Positions 42,132 through 55,280 of a DNA stretch of 64,000 bases are shown here, one piece after another. Source of the stretch: Octopus vulgaris (lineage: Eukaryota). The stretch lies in the NCBI GenBank assembly GCA_951406725.2, contig OX597819.1, positions 68,696,001-68,760,000 of the forward strand, written 5' to 3'. The notes under the pieces were generated by a model that did no database searches, was not told the DNA's origin, and saw nothing but the letters and a program-made list of their open reading frames with translations. The position numbers were made by a program, and so were the translations under genes. Every line of letters starts with the position of its first letter. Position 1 is the first letter of the stretch.

Positions 42132-42488
42132 ATATGAGGGGATACCCAAACGAAACAGAAATTTTGCAATATTATTTTATTACCTTGATTTTATGTGTAT
42201 ACTACTTTTACCGCCTTCGAAATATTCTCAACTTGAAGTAATGAATCTGTCCAGACACGTTTCCACTATTCACTTTTCGATGAAGTGCTGGAACTCTTGC
42301 GAAGTGATGTCTTTTAACGCGTCCGTTGTTCTTTTTTTCCCTCTTCCACATCTGGAAATTCGGTAGCACCAGCTTTTGTCACAAGTGCTTTTGACCTAGT
42401 TTTCTGTTGCTAACGTGCCAACTTGACAGAATTTCGAAAATAATATATTCTACGCCTTCTTCTACCATTATTTTTATTATTGTTATTA

Positions 42489-42538
<50 letters not shown>

Positions 42539-43078
42539 TGCTTAGTCGCTAAATCTTTTCAGTCGCAATCCCGCTCTCAAAATTCGTTAACAGGAGCTCC
42601 AGGACACAGCGGTCATATTAACAAGTTCATCAGTTGTTCGGTGACGATCCTCCAAGATAAGTTTGTCTTGACGTTTTAATTTCTTCCGGAGGTCGATGTT
42701 CACCTTGAACGAGGTTGGTCATCAAGCTACAAGTGACCATTACTAAAGCGTGAAAATCACTCGTAAATTTGTGTTTTACTCCTGGCAGCGGCCTTGTAAG
42801 CTGTTTGAAGCATTAGAACTGTTTCAGACACCGGATTCCCCAGCAGAAAACAGAATTCTACGGAGCACGCTGTTCCATCATTTCAACCACCGCAAAAATC
42901 TACGGAGAAACACTGTAAAACAAAGAGGCACGACATAGAAAATTATCCCACTGGACAGCGCCGGTGAGCAGACTAATGCCTGACGGTCGTATCAAGGGGT
43001 TTTAGTGGCAGAAGCCTGAACTACAAATGACTTGTCCTACATATAACGCTTCAGGTTACTTTTCAGTACACCCTGAGA
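42132..43078 (-). mobile_element. Internally deleted mariner with both TIR remnants
   Basis: MEQRA..FCFLLGK..ETVLMLQTAY..QIYE*FSRF..DDQPRS and C-terminal EYFEG; ends tatgaggggatacccaaa and ttttcagtacaccctgaga. Confidence 0.85.
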
Positions 43079-43269
43079 AATATAAAGGAAAATTGAATAG
43101 ATTGCAAACATGTTACAAAAGGTTTACCTCCTCGCCACGGCCATAATAATGAGGAAATTACTACATAGCTGAAAAGAACGAATAGTATGCTACCGTAGGT
43201 TGTATATAGTAAGCCTGCTATGCATGCAAGGCTCCAGTCGCTCCAACAAAACCTGTGGTAATGAGAAAT

Positions 43270-43706
43270 AATATTTCCCAATCGATATAAACGTATCTGT
43301 CAAGACCTAACAGGAACTGAGCAACTATAAAGATCTGGTAATAGAAATCAGCAAAATATGGAACCTGAAGACTAAAACAATACCTGTTGTCATAGGTGCC
43401 CTGGGAATGATAGTAAAAGAGGCTGATTGCTACCTAACTCAGATACAAGGAAACCCCAATATGGCAGAAATTCAAAAGATAATGCTCATGGGAACTGCTC
43501 ATATCCTACGCAAATTACTTTCTATGTAATCTCAAATTTTAAAACAAACATAATTTTCGTATGTCTTTTTTAGGTATTCACTAGTACAACACTAAGTACA
43601 AAACCAAATATATGGCACCAACATGAACTTCCAACTTGTTGTCTCTTGAAGTCTCTGGGTGAGACTTGGAGCCAGCTTGTGCAAATGTAAAGCAAAAGTC
43701 AAACAT
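43270..43706 (+). mobile_element. R4/Dong-like RLE retrotransposon 3' end with (AAT)n tail
   Basis: YKDLVIEISKIWNLKTKTIPVVIGALG..IQKIMLMGTAHILRKLLSM*. Confidence 0.9.
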
Positions 43707-43721
43707 ATAATAATAATAATG

Positions 43722-43779
<58 letters not shown>

Positions 43780-43796
43780 TAATAAAAAAGTCAAAC

Positions 43797-43885
<89 letters not shown>

Positions 43886-43888
43886 GTA

Positions 43889-43960
<72 letters not shown>

Positions 43961-44514
43961 GCCCTGATGCAGTACCAGGCAGTGGATGTCATGGCTTCTG
44001 ATCTTAACTGATTAGAAGTGTTATCATGTACATTGTTTTGTCTTGGTATAAAAGATGGCCTACAGCAAATATTCTGCTCAATACCACAGATTTGCTTGTC
44101 AGTTGTTTGACCTTAACCAGTTGAGCATGTCCCTTAGTGGCTGACGATATGTGCATCTCTGATCACGAGCAGAAGTAGTGGGGGAGCATCATAGCCATGT
44201 GTTGAGAGGGATTATTTGGGGTTTGAATAATTCACCTCTGGAAACATGGGTGGCTCGTTCAACATCCTTAAACAACCCTTATTCAGGGACCTTTTGAGCG
44301 GGATGGGCTACTCAACCTGAAGAAAATTCTAACTGGGACCCACCTGCAAGGTCATGTGCTGTTCATCTAGATATGAGATCACCATGTCGCGCACATATGG
44401 TTGTGATGCATGTGCCTGGTGTACCCTTATCAGACGGGTAGTCATGATGGGTATATTGGGCTTCGTATATTTTACCCCAGTGTCACTTTGATGGCATGAA
44501 CTTCTCTCTCACTC
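43961..44514. mobile_element. 554-bp non-coding repeat embedded in (AAT)n
   Basis: Same length as and colinear with 55841-56394. Confidence 0.92.
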
Positions 44515-44547
44515 AATAATAATAATAATGCTGCTGATGATGATGAT

Positions 44548-45147
44548 AAACTGTATGGCATATTACCAGCCATTTTATGCCACTAGCCCAGAAGGAATAT
44601 AAGATAAGTCATGACAATACATCCAAGATTCTCCATTGGACACTTTGCAACAAGTATGGACTTGACAGAGCAAAAACTTGGTAGGACCACAAAACAGAAG
44701 GCATCGTCGAAAATAGAAATGCAAAGATCCTATGGGATTTTAGAGAATAGGAAGCTGGACATGGTCTCAGTTGAGAAATAAAACAAACTATGCTGTATCA
44801 TAGATTCAGCATGCCCAGCTGACAACAAGGTATGTGATAAGGAAGAATGCAAAGTTGAGAGATATGACAGGTTAGCTTTGGAAGTTAAGCAGTTGTGACC
44901 AATGAAAAAGGTAACAGTAGTACCAATAATTCTCGGAGCTCTTGGAACAGTGAGCAAAAATCTCGAGAAGTACGTGGAACAAATAGGGGCTGCAATAAGA
45001 GTGGAGCGCTTGCAGAAAACAGCACCGCTTGGAACCGCTCGAATAATCCGGAAGGTGCTCGAAAAATAAGAGTTGTTACCTTAGTTCACTGGTAATGAAC
45101 AGCTTACACCGTAGTACATCTCTAGCTTTAGAAGCTGTGCAAACTCA
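44548..45147 (+). mobile_element. R4/Dong-like RLE 3' end (second family) with (AAT)n tail
   Basis: LAQKEYKISHDN..KILWDF..IIDSACPAD..VVPIILGALG..LQKTAPLGTARIIRKVL. Confidence 0.9.
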
Positions 45148-45182
45148 ATAATACTAACAGCAACAACAGCAACAATAATAAC

Positions 45183-45250
<68 letters not shown>

Positions 45251-45929
45251 TAATAATAATGATAATAATAATAATACGTGGATGAAGTTTGTAGTTATTT
45301 TATTGCATCGCTGTGCGCGTTTCCACAATGCAAATGTTTCTAATTATCATAGTCTGTATTCCTGAGATGATTACAATAAAGCCTGGAGTACGCATGGGCA
45401 TCAGGTGGATCGTATTCGTGCCTTCATTACTTCAGGCAATATAACATTAATGTTGAAAAGAGGATATATATAACTGAGTTTTTATTTACTTTGATCAATG
45501 AAAATTTCGTTGCGGGTATGTGGACGGTTCTGTGCGTATTTGGTGGAGAGGAGAAGGTGATTGAAAGAGAGAAAGGAATGGTTGCTATAAAGTAGAGGGA
45601 GGTGTGTGTGGTGAAGTTAGACTTATTTTGATATTTGAGTATGCAGGTGATAGGATGGTAGTATACCTCGTTTGTTTAACCTTAATCACAGCAGTCGTTT
45701 CACCTGAATGAACTCAGATGTAGTAGGGTCACTAGGTACTGCTATTCGGTTTTGAATTTCATTGCCTGAGTTGACAAATGATATTCTGTTAAAATGTCCT
45801 TTTAATTACTTTTGGTGGTATAATGATACAACATATAAAAATGGTGGTAATTTTGCGGAACTCTTTATATGTTCTTCTCTTGTTCCATTATATGCTAAAG
45901 GCGGTTTCATTTTTTTTCTGTTTCAGAAT

Positions 45930-46400
45930 GTTTTTTTTCTAATTCTAAGAATAATGCCTTGCTTATATGCATACATGGAAACATTATTTTTGAGAGTCTA
46001 TTAATCATTTTTACTCTAGATGTGATGATCTCCAGAGTTTCCTCTAGACATAAATTGCACCTCAGCGATGCTTTATTGTATGTTCATGGATCGTATGCTC
46101 CACTCCATTTTATTTAAACTTCCAGATGCAGTTAGATAATGATGTGGAGTGCCTTTTCTTTACATTGTAAAATGACGTAAAATAGTTGCGCAGATAATTT
46201 TTCACGAATGTCTCCGGTACCACCAATATACACATATTTCTGTGTGCACATCTACACTTCACATTTGTAAACCACATTCTTTATAATGCAATTGTCGCTA
46301 AACATACTTTCCTGTTTTCGTCGGCAGTTGTTGAATTATTTTTCCCGGTTATGTAAGCAGAGATATTTGTGCTGGTCACATTTCATCTTCCTTCTATTAA
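45930..46400 (-). pseudogene. PLE GIY-YIG endonuclease remnant
   Basis: KNVVYKCEV..YVYIGGT, HSTSLSNCIWKFK, LCLEETLEII..INRLSKIMFPCMH. Confidence 0.82.
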
Positions 46401-46869
46401 GGTGTTCTCATTTTCCTTAGGAATGGATTGGACTGCCATTTGTATGGCACTGTTTGGACGCGTTTTTCCTATTGCAGAGCTTTTATTATTCCTATTTGCG
46501 ATCGTTTCATCGTTGTTTATTATACTGTGTGCTGTGATTTCTCCGTAAGCCCACTCAGTTTTATTAAATTGAATTTTTTGTTATTTAGGTTGTGTATATA
46601 TTCTCACCTTCTATCTCTCCCCAACAAATACACACAGCACTGCTCACATACACAGTTAATCTTTTCGCAAATCAAAATTGATAAACAAACCACAATTATA
46701 CATCTGCTATTTCCAATGTTAATGTCATATCGCTACAATATGATCAAACAGATATCCATGGATACTACGGACTGTACTGTAATCATCCCAAAAATACAGA
46801 CTCTGACGCTAAGAAATATATGGATTGAGAGACTGCGCACAGGGATTCATTAAAATATTTCTAAATTCC

Positions 46870-47227
46870 ATTCATGGATCATCTTAACCCAACTTTTTTT
46901 TCTGTAGTACTTCACTCAAAGGGATCACGAAGATCAGTGGGGACACACTGTTCTCCTGGAATACCTTTCTCCTCTCCTAATACTTGATTCCTGCTGTCAG
47001 TTCCGTTCTCCAGCATTTCATGCTATTCCATATAAGGCTTTCCATATTTTCTGTTACTCTATACATTTCTATTATTTTTATTATCCAGGAGTGTGCTATC
47101 ATATCGTATACTTTACTATAGTCAGCCCCTGCCATGTTCAGGTTTGTGTATCTTCTCTTGCAGTTCGTGATAATTAGAATTTCAATTGAGAACCGATCCT
47201 TTGTTTCCCGGCTCCTCGTTCGGCATC
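46870..47227 (-). pseudogene. R4/Dong-like RT fragment
   Basis: RCRTRSRETKDR..NLNMAGADYSKVYDMIAHSWI..WRTEL..GIFQ-like..SPLIF. Confidence 0.88.
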
Positions 47228-47256
47228 TTTTATTATTATTATTATCATTATTATTT

Positions 47257-47857
47257 TCAATAACATCTTTTTTCAGTTTATGCTTCCATTTCTTGCCGAG
47301 GGTCTTCCTGATACCTAGGGCAAAGAAACGTACTGTATACATCGGAAGGCCATTAAAACAAGCAGGCCAGATTGGTCATTTACAGAGTCATATGATAGAG
47401 AAGACCGGGAAGACAGAGAGAAAAAGGAAATAAATAGAAAAGTAAACAAATAAAATAACTGGGGGAAAGGAAAGAAAATCCACAGCGACAATGTTCCTCT
47501 CAATACGTATGACGTACAAGTGAAGACAATGTTTTTCACTTTCTGCATGGATGGTAAGTCAGGGGTCATTCTTAAATAATTTTTCAGTTCCTATTTTGAT
47601 CATTCCAAGAGCTCCTACGATAACTGGTATTGTAACCGTCTTGAGATGCTACATCTTTTCGATTTCAATTAGCATATCTTTATATTTTCTGAGCTCATCG
47701 AATACTTTTGCCGAGATATAATGGTCACTAAGGATGATCATGTCAATCAATAAACCGATTTTATTGCTTTTGTCTTTCACAATAATATCTGGTTTATTTG
47801 CCTTGATGGTCCTATCTGTACATACTGGAAAGTTCCAAAGAATAGTTACATTTTCTC
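47257..47857 (-). mobile_element. R4/Dong-like RLE 3' end (third family) with AAT tail at 47228-47256
   Basis: TILWNFPVCTDRTIKANKPDIIVKD..LIDM..KYKDMLIEIEKM..IPVIVGALG. Confidence 0.9.
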
Positions 47858-48055
47858 CAGAATCGTTAGCACGCCGGGCGAAATGCTTATCGGTATTTCG
47901 TCTGCCGTTACGTTCTGAGTTCAAATTCCACGAGGTCGACTTTGCATTTTATCCTTGCAGGACGATAAATTAAGTAATAAGTGAAACGCGGGGGATGTAA
48001 TCGACTAGTCCTACACGCCCCACAAATTTCAGGCCCTGTGCATTCTTTAGAGAAG
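47858..48055 (+). mobile_element. SINE family A
   Basis: gaatcgttagcacgccgggcgaaatgc..gagttcaaattcc. Confidence 0.85.
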
Positions 48056-48121
48056 TATATTTTTTTCATTATTATTATATATATCCTACATATATTATCA
48101 CAGTCTGTGTATATATGTATG

Positions 48122-48171
<50 letters not shown>

Positions 48172-48175
48172 GTGT

Positions 48176-48886
48176 CAGGTCACTTTTGAGTGCTACTGGT
48201 AACATGTAACCCAGTACAACCTGTTGCATGGTCGGGCCGTCGGCGAGTATACTGGCAACCCCATCTAGCTTGCTTGGTGAGAAGCGTGTTTATTAGACAC
48301 CCTGCGGCATGAAAAACAAAACCCGTCAAAGGGCGGAGGAACTCTTCAGATTCAACGACCATCCAATAAATGTGTAATTATATATTTACTGTATTTTTGC
48401 CTTTTTCTCACTAATTTTTATATATTGTATATTTTTATAGCTTGCTCATTATATGAATTTTTATATACTTCACATCATATATTTTATGTATATCTTGTAT
48501 ATCAATGTTTCTTTTATATATATATCGTATGTTTCTTTCTTTATTTTGTTTCTCCTAATATCAATCTTATCCAGCTTAAGGCTGTATCATGGTCGGGGAC
48601 ATAGAAATAATCGGACTGAATACCTGATCACGCGGTTAAAGGACCCCTAGCCTTTGTTAGGGCATCCTTCTAGGAGAAGGCAACTCAGGTAACTGGAATA
48701 ACTCCGACATAAAACCTGCGGATCAGTGGTCACCGATGATGTTGACTTGTTCTTCTTTTCGGATTATGGCTGCTGTTGCTTAGTGAATGGGATTTACTCT
48801 GTGCACAGCCTTTCATCACTTAAAAAAAAATCTTCTTCCACAGGCGTTGCACGATAACAACATTGATTGATTGATTGATTGATTGA
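48176..48886 (+). mobile_element. Probable non-autonomous RTE-related element with an AT-rich interruption and (GATT)n tail
   Basis: ctaggagaaggcaactc resembles an RTE 5' UTR motif as recalled; GC-richer than its flanks; simple-repeat tail. Confidence 0.45.
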
Positions 48887-50601
48887 ATTGAGAAACTAAT
48901 TTGGCTCCCCAGCCACGCCTATCAGGTTACCCTTAAAGGAAGGAATTTTTCGGCACCGCTTCGTGGTTATCTTTTATGCGTCGCCGTTGTCTTTTGATTT
49001 GAAATTCAAACCTCTAATCTAGATGCGTTTACCTCCTGTAAAATGACTGGACATCAGGCAACAGCACACGTTTGCACAGGAAGCACAATAAAGAAATCTT
49101 TTGAAATGTATCTGTATTGATTTCTAAAGTAGCTACAAAACGATGCATTTTCAGAGAATACGTAATATATTCTTTCTATTATTTCATTGGTAGTTTATGT
49201 TATCTATGACCAGGGGACAAAATGCAATGTGCTTTACCACTGTATTTGAACTCAGAATGTACTGAAACATCAATAAACGGCGCAAGGCATGATTGTTCTT
49301 GTTCTTTGTTTTATTTTTTCCGCTCAAACTGGTGCATTCTCTTGATAGACACATTATAGATACTCGTACGCAAACCAAACCTGAAACTACAACCCTGCTG
49401 TAACTTACACAATTTGTATCCTAGATAATTGCCACATAAATGTGTAGCCAGACACTACGAGCGCACAGAACCCACGGTAACAGATCACACTTTGACACAT
49501 CATCGCATCCCATATTCATACAGTCATCATCGACCAGATTAAGACACGTCATATTATAGTTATTCAAGGTAATAAACAAACAAAAAAAAACACGAGGCAC
49601 TAAAAGGATATCAGAAGGAAGAAAAAGGATCCAAAGCTTGCGACAAATCGAAACTAATGCATTCTGCATTCAATATTCTTCATCCTGGAAATACAAAGCT
49701 GCAAACACTCGGTAATGCGGTGGTGCACAATGTGATGCGATAAACTCTCTTCTTTGTGTAGCAAGGAGAAAATCCAAATAGATATTTGTTTAAAAATGAA
49801 GGCAGCTTGTGTATTATAGCTCAGAAGAAACATGGCAGCCGGAGAAATAAAGAGGGTGGATTACGGCAGCAGACACAACGGTAAATAAGAAAAGATGGAC
49901 CTAGAGGTGAAGACCGGAATTGCTACTTCATTTTTTCCCAGGGTAACACTGGTTACAACTCCAAAAATACACGGGAAAATACACAAAATTCCATTCTTGT
50001 AAGTATGTTCAGTACTAAGTGTTTCAACGTCGTAAAAGTCAAAAATGTGTTTTACTGGAGCACAAAACCAGGGAGAGGTTACGAGCAGCAACATCAGATA
50101 ACTGTGCTGCGCCGATCTGCACTTTTGAAGGAGATGGAATAATGATCGGAAAATTGTAAGAAATGAAAGAAAAAGTTAAAGAAACATAAATGATGGTAAA
50201 TAAATGCATGGGAGTCTCTATGGCAACCATCTTCGATAAGCGTGAATTTTATTGAGATCGCGAAAGAGAGATGCAGCCTACACAATGGAGTATGTATAAT
50301 AGCAAAAAAAATGTGTGACGAATATCAAGCCATTCTAGTTAATGGAATGGCTATAAAATCCCCACAGTCGAACAAGACCCGATGAACAAGGACACAGAAC
50401 GTTTGGAATCGTGATAATAACAAAGAGACAGTCATTTTGTAAGGTACTTTTAGATAATAGGGTCCGCAAGTGCTGATTCGAGCAGAAACGGCACAGCGAA
50501 CTAGAATATCTTGAGTTGACAAGTGTGGAAGAGTCTAGCTTCTCTCACTATGAGTGAACATACACTGGGTGAAGCATATATGTGAGACTTAAAACACTAT
50601 A

Positions 50602-50960
50602 ATGGCACTCCGCCGTTACGAGGACGAGGGTTCCAGTTGATTCGATCAACGGAATAGCCTGCACGCGAAATTAGCGTGCAAGTGGCTGAGCACTCCACAG
50701 ACACGTGTATCCTTAACGTAGTTCTCGAGGAGATTCAGCGTGACACAGAGTGTGAAAGGCTGACTCTTTTAAATACAGGTACAACAGAAACAGGAAGAGA
50801 GAGTGAGAGAAAGTTGTGGTGAAAGAGTACAGTGGGGGTCATCTGCACCACCACAGCTTTAGGTGTTTTCGCTCAATAAATACTCACAACGACCGGTTTG
50901 GGAGTCGAAACCGCGATCCTACGACCGTGCGTCCGCTTTCCTAACCTCTGGGCCATTGCT
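50602..50960 (-). mobile_element. tRNA-derived SINE family C
   Basis: Minus-strand head tggcccagagg..ggtttcgactccc; homologous to 13010-13274. Confidence 0.8.
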
Positions 50961-51059
50961 CTTCTCCTTAAAACACTATTATGCTATACAAAACTGAATG
51001 TGTGTGTTCCCAACTACACACACACATGCGCACACACGCACATATATATATTTCTTTTA

Positions 51060-51212
51060 TATCTTTTACTTGTTTCAGTCATTTGATTGCGGCCATGCTG
51101 GAGCTCCGGCTTTAGTCGAACATATCGGCCCCAGGACTTTTCTTTGTAAGCCTAGCACTTATAGTGGTCTCATTTTGCAGAACCGCGAAGTTGCGGGAAC
51201 GTAAGCACACCG

Positions 51213-51272
<60 letters not shown>

Positions 51273-51399
51273 GACGGGCTTCTTTCAGTTTCTATCAAAT
51301 CCACTCAAGACTTTGGTCGGGCCAAGGCTAGAGGAGATGCTTGCCCAAGCCCAAGGTAGCATGCAGTGGTACTGAACCCGGAACCATATGGCTGGGAAG

Positions 51400-51400
<1 letters not shown>
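51060..51400 (-). mobile_element. SINE family B with internal microsatellite
   Basis: Homologous to the reverse complement of 51541-51880. Confidence 0.78.
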
Positions 51401-51483
<83 letters not shown>

Positions 51484-51540
51484 GGGATAATTCTTTTTCG
51501 TAAACGACAGATGAGTGTTGAGTTACGCAAACATTTTTGA

Positions 51541-51880
51541 GAATGGTTTTGGGTTCAATCCCACTGTGTGGCACCTTGTCAAGTGTCTTCTACTATAGCC
51601 TCGGACCGACCAAAGGCTTGTGAATGGATTTGGTAAACGGAAACCGAAATATATATATATGTATGTATATGTTTGTGTGTCTATGTTTGTCCTCCCAACA
51701 TCGCTTGACAACCGATGGTGGTGTGTTTACGTCCCCGTTTCTAGCGGTTCGGCAAAATAAAACGATAGAATAAGTACTGGGCTTTCAAAGAATAAGTCCT
51801 GGGATCGATTTTTCAACTAAAGAAAAGGGCGGTGCTTCAGCGTGGCCACAGTTAAATGACTGAAACAAGTAAAAAAGTAA
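51541..51880 (+). mobile_element. SINE family B
   Basis: gggttcaatcccactgtgtggcacctt..aaatgactgaaacaagtaaaa. Confidence 0.82.
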
Positions 51881-52196
51881 AGGGTATATAATGATGAAAG
51901 GTATGTGCTGTACATGAGCTCATTCCCTCTAGCAAATCGAGATTGCCTTTACAGGGATAGTGTGTTCCATTCCTTATGGATCGGAGTTATCACAGAGCAA
52001 CCTGAAAAACATGAACACAGCAGTCTTTTCGCCCGGGGAATCAGAACGACCATCTTACAATTATGAGCACAACACACTAACCACTGGCCTGCTCACCCTC
52101 ATATAGATCCAAACGCATGTGTATGTATGTAAGTATGAATGTATGTATCCATCGATCGATCTAGGTATCGATTGATCCCTCCATCCGTCCATCAAC

Positions 52197-52326
<130 letters not shown>

Positions 52327-52430
52327 GTCTATCTGTTTGTCTGTCTGTCTGTCTGTCAATCTATCTATATATATCTAGCTACTTATATCACCCTTTCTCT
52401 CTTCCGTTCTCTTTCTCACGCTCTCTGTGT

Positions 52431-52465
<35 letters not shown>

Positions 52466-53207
52466 TCACTCTCTCTCTCTCACACACACTCACTCTCTCT
52501 CTCTCTCTCTCTCACTCCCTCTTCCACTCATTCCGTTTCGACACACATTTTTATACGCTTATACGCACCTACATGTTTACATTTTATCGCAAAAATACGT
52601 CCGTACAAACACACGAGTACTTACAAACGTACATGCAAACAACAGCCATAAGAGCAGATAGACCGAGAGAGAGAGAAAGAGAGACACATTAATGTGCATA
52701 TATGCGCATACATGTATACGACGCTAGTTTAGCAAATTTGATTGAGTATTTTACAGACAATCTATTTCTAGTAGCACCAATAAATAATCTCTGCAGAGGC
52801 TATCAAATTTGTCATAAATATCGAAAACATGAGAGTTATATGACACAAATCCCAAATTTAGAATGATCTCGTAAATTGTACAAAACTCACGTAAATTAAG
52901 TGAATGAACAAGCAGAAAATAATATTCACAAATGATGCAAAACACTTGGTGTAATGTACACACACGAAATGACTATAAATTATGGAAATAATAATCACTA
53001 TTCCTTACTGTGGTATAAACCCTAGAATCTGATGTGTGCGTGCGTATGTGTGTGTGTGTATTTGTTTATAGCCAATGCATAGCTTGATTGCCACTTGCTT
53101 TATAGCGGAATTTATGGCTAAATGAAGCTACTCGCCATGCGATTCGAACACTGGTCCAACAAGTGCATCAGAGTAAGAAAATCATATTCTACAAATATGC
53201 CTACAGA

Positions 53208-53426
53208 TTATTTATATTATTTACGTTTGACGGATATTTGTCCTCATCTTGTTTGTTGTTAACATAACGTTTCGGCTGATATACCCTCTAGCCTTCATCC
53301 TGGGTTCTCATTCCTAAGGTATTTTTCGATGTTATTACTATTATTATTATTCAGGTCACTGCCAGGAATCGAACTCGGAATCTTGGGGTTTGTAGTCCGC
53401 GCTCTTAACCACTACGCCATGTGCCC
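53208..53426 (-). mobile_element. tRNA-head/(AAT)n/hammerhead SINE-like element, copy 3 (about 23-nt deletion removes the HHR 5' stem and core start)
   Basis: Full head gggcacatggcgtagtggttaagagc..gagttcgattcc, short AAT spacer, same 3' segment. Confidence 0.88.
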
Positions 53427-53859
53427 CACAAAAATGTCAAAGAGCATTGAATACAGAAGGAAACAAACGATTACCAGCATTAAAATGTGTTAATATAAGG
53501 AAGTTGCTAGATATTTCTAGACAAGTTGATTCTGTTATCAATGAGATAGATACTAAAAATATAGGTGACACACAGCTCAGAAAAACGCAGGTGTAGAAAG
53601 TGATGGAGTAGAAATTTGAAACGATCATATGTCGAAAATAATGATAGTGATGATGATGGTGAAAATAGTATAATTATGATGGTAATAATGGTGATAATAA
53701 GAAAGGTAAAACAATAGCAGGTGAATTGTGAAGCTGTCAAAATATAAACACACACGAATATTGCCTTATCTCAGGTTATGAGAGACATGAGTTTACAGTA
53801 AAAATCCCTAGTGATAACAGGACAAATGGAAGTGGACATTTCAGAGAAAACCTCTCGCT

Positions 53860-55082
53860 CAGCAGGGGTTCGAGAAGGAAATGGACAGGAGAAGACGCAG
53901 GATAGTAAGGCAGTGCTGCTTGGAAAGCGAACCCAAATTAAGTAGTCGCAGAAAACGTATGTTAGTACTTTTGGTAAAGAAAAACAAAGGAATGTGTGAA
54001 ATAACAGGGCAGAGACTAGAGGATCAGGCTAATGCTTTGAAGAGAAAAAACTGGATGACAGAACTGGAGGTAGAAGACATCACGAGAGAGCTAAATAAGA
54101 GAAATCAAATAGAACAATCAAACAACGTAAGCGATAGTATTTAAGTTAAAGAAGAGCCTATAAGAAAAAAATAATAGCACTACCAATCCGAAAATCCAAA
54201 TTGATAGAAATGACCTTAGCGAGAAAGATCAGAATATTTTAGATGAGCTGAAGGAAGCAATGATTACAGAAGGAAGAAAACAATTAGCAGCATTAAAATG
54301 TGTAAATAGAAGGAAGGAAATTGCTAGATATTTCTAGGCAAGTTGATTCTGTTATCAATAGGGTAGATTCTAAAAATATAGGTGACACTAAGTTATTGAT
54401 TTATGCAGGTGAGGTAGCAGCTACCTGCGAAATAGGTATTTCTGAAGAAAGGAACAGATGTAGAAGAGGAGAAAAGAAAAAGGGAAAACTTTGAGACAAG
54501 ATCTGAGCAGAATAGAAACCAGAAAACAGGACAAGTTAAGAAAAATAAGATTTAAATCTTCTCTTGAGAAAAAATATTTCGTGAAAGAGAAAGGGTTTGG
54601 AATAGTCATGAAAAAGCTGAAACAGCGTATCGTAGCAATAGCAAGTAAACTTTCCATATATGAGAAAATAATCGATCACTATCAATAGAACAGCGTGTTT
54701 GAGACCGACCAGAGGAAATTTTATCGCCAAATAAATAGTGAAGAAGAAACTACAGAAGATGATAAACCTAATGCAGAAGATAAAATGTGCTGGAGTGATA
54801 TTTGGGATATGCTAGTTAATCATAATGGTGATACGTCATGGTTAAAGAAAGTGATGGAAGACGTACTTAGTGAGAAGCAGCCGTCTCTAAAACTAACTAC
54901 TGCTTTAATAAGCAAAGTGTTAGGAAGTATGCCAAATTGGAAAGACCCAGGAAAAGATATAGTTCAAAGGCTACTGGTTAAAGAGAGTTAATAGCTTACA
55001 TGGGAGACAGTGGGAACAACTTCAGGATTGACAGACTGGAGGAGCAGTACCTAATTGGATGACTAGAAGAAGAAGCGTATTC
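53860..55082 (+). mobile_element. R4/Dong-like retrotransposon N-terminal half (decayed)
   Basis: RKRML..ITGQRLEDQANALKRKNWMTELE, LKQRIVAIASKL, FETDQRKFYRQIN, WSDIW, MPNWKDPGKD, VPNWMT. Confidence 0.88.
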
Positions 55083-55130
55083 TTTATATAATAATAATAA
55101 TAATAATAATAATATTAATAATAATAATAA

Positions 55131-55191
<61 letters not shown>

Positions 55192-55222
55192 GGTGGTGGT
55201 GGTGGTGGTGGTGGCGGTGGTG

Positions 55223-55279
<57 letters not shown>

Positions 55280-55280
55280 A

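Noticed and set aside
45320-45416. Minus-strand tccac-ctgatgc...gaaac...gtgga near the PLE remnant
   Set aside because: Core mismatch with poor stems II and III; too weak to call
51272-51650. Inverted repeat suggesting a MITE
   Set aside because: Two head-to-head copies of SINE family B
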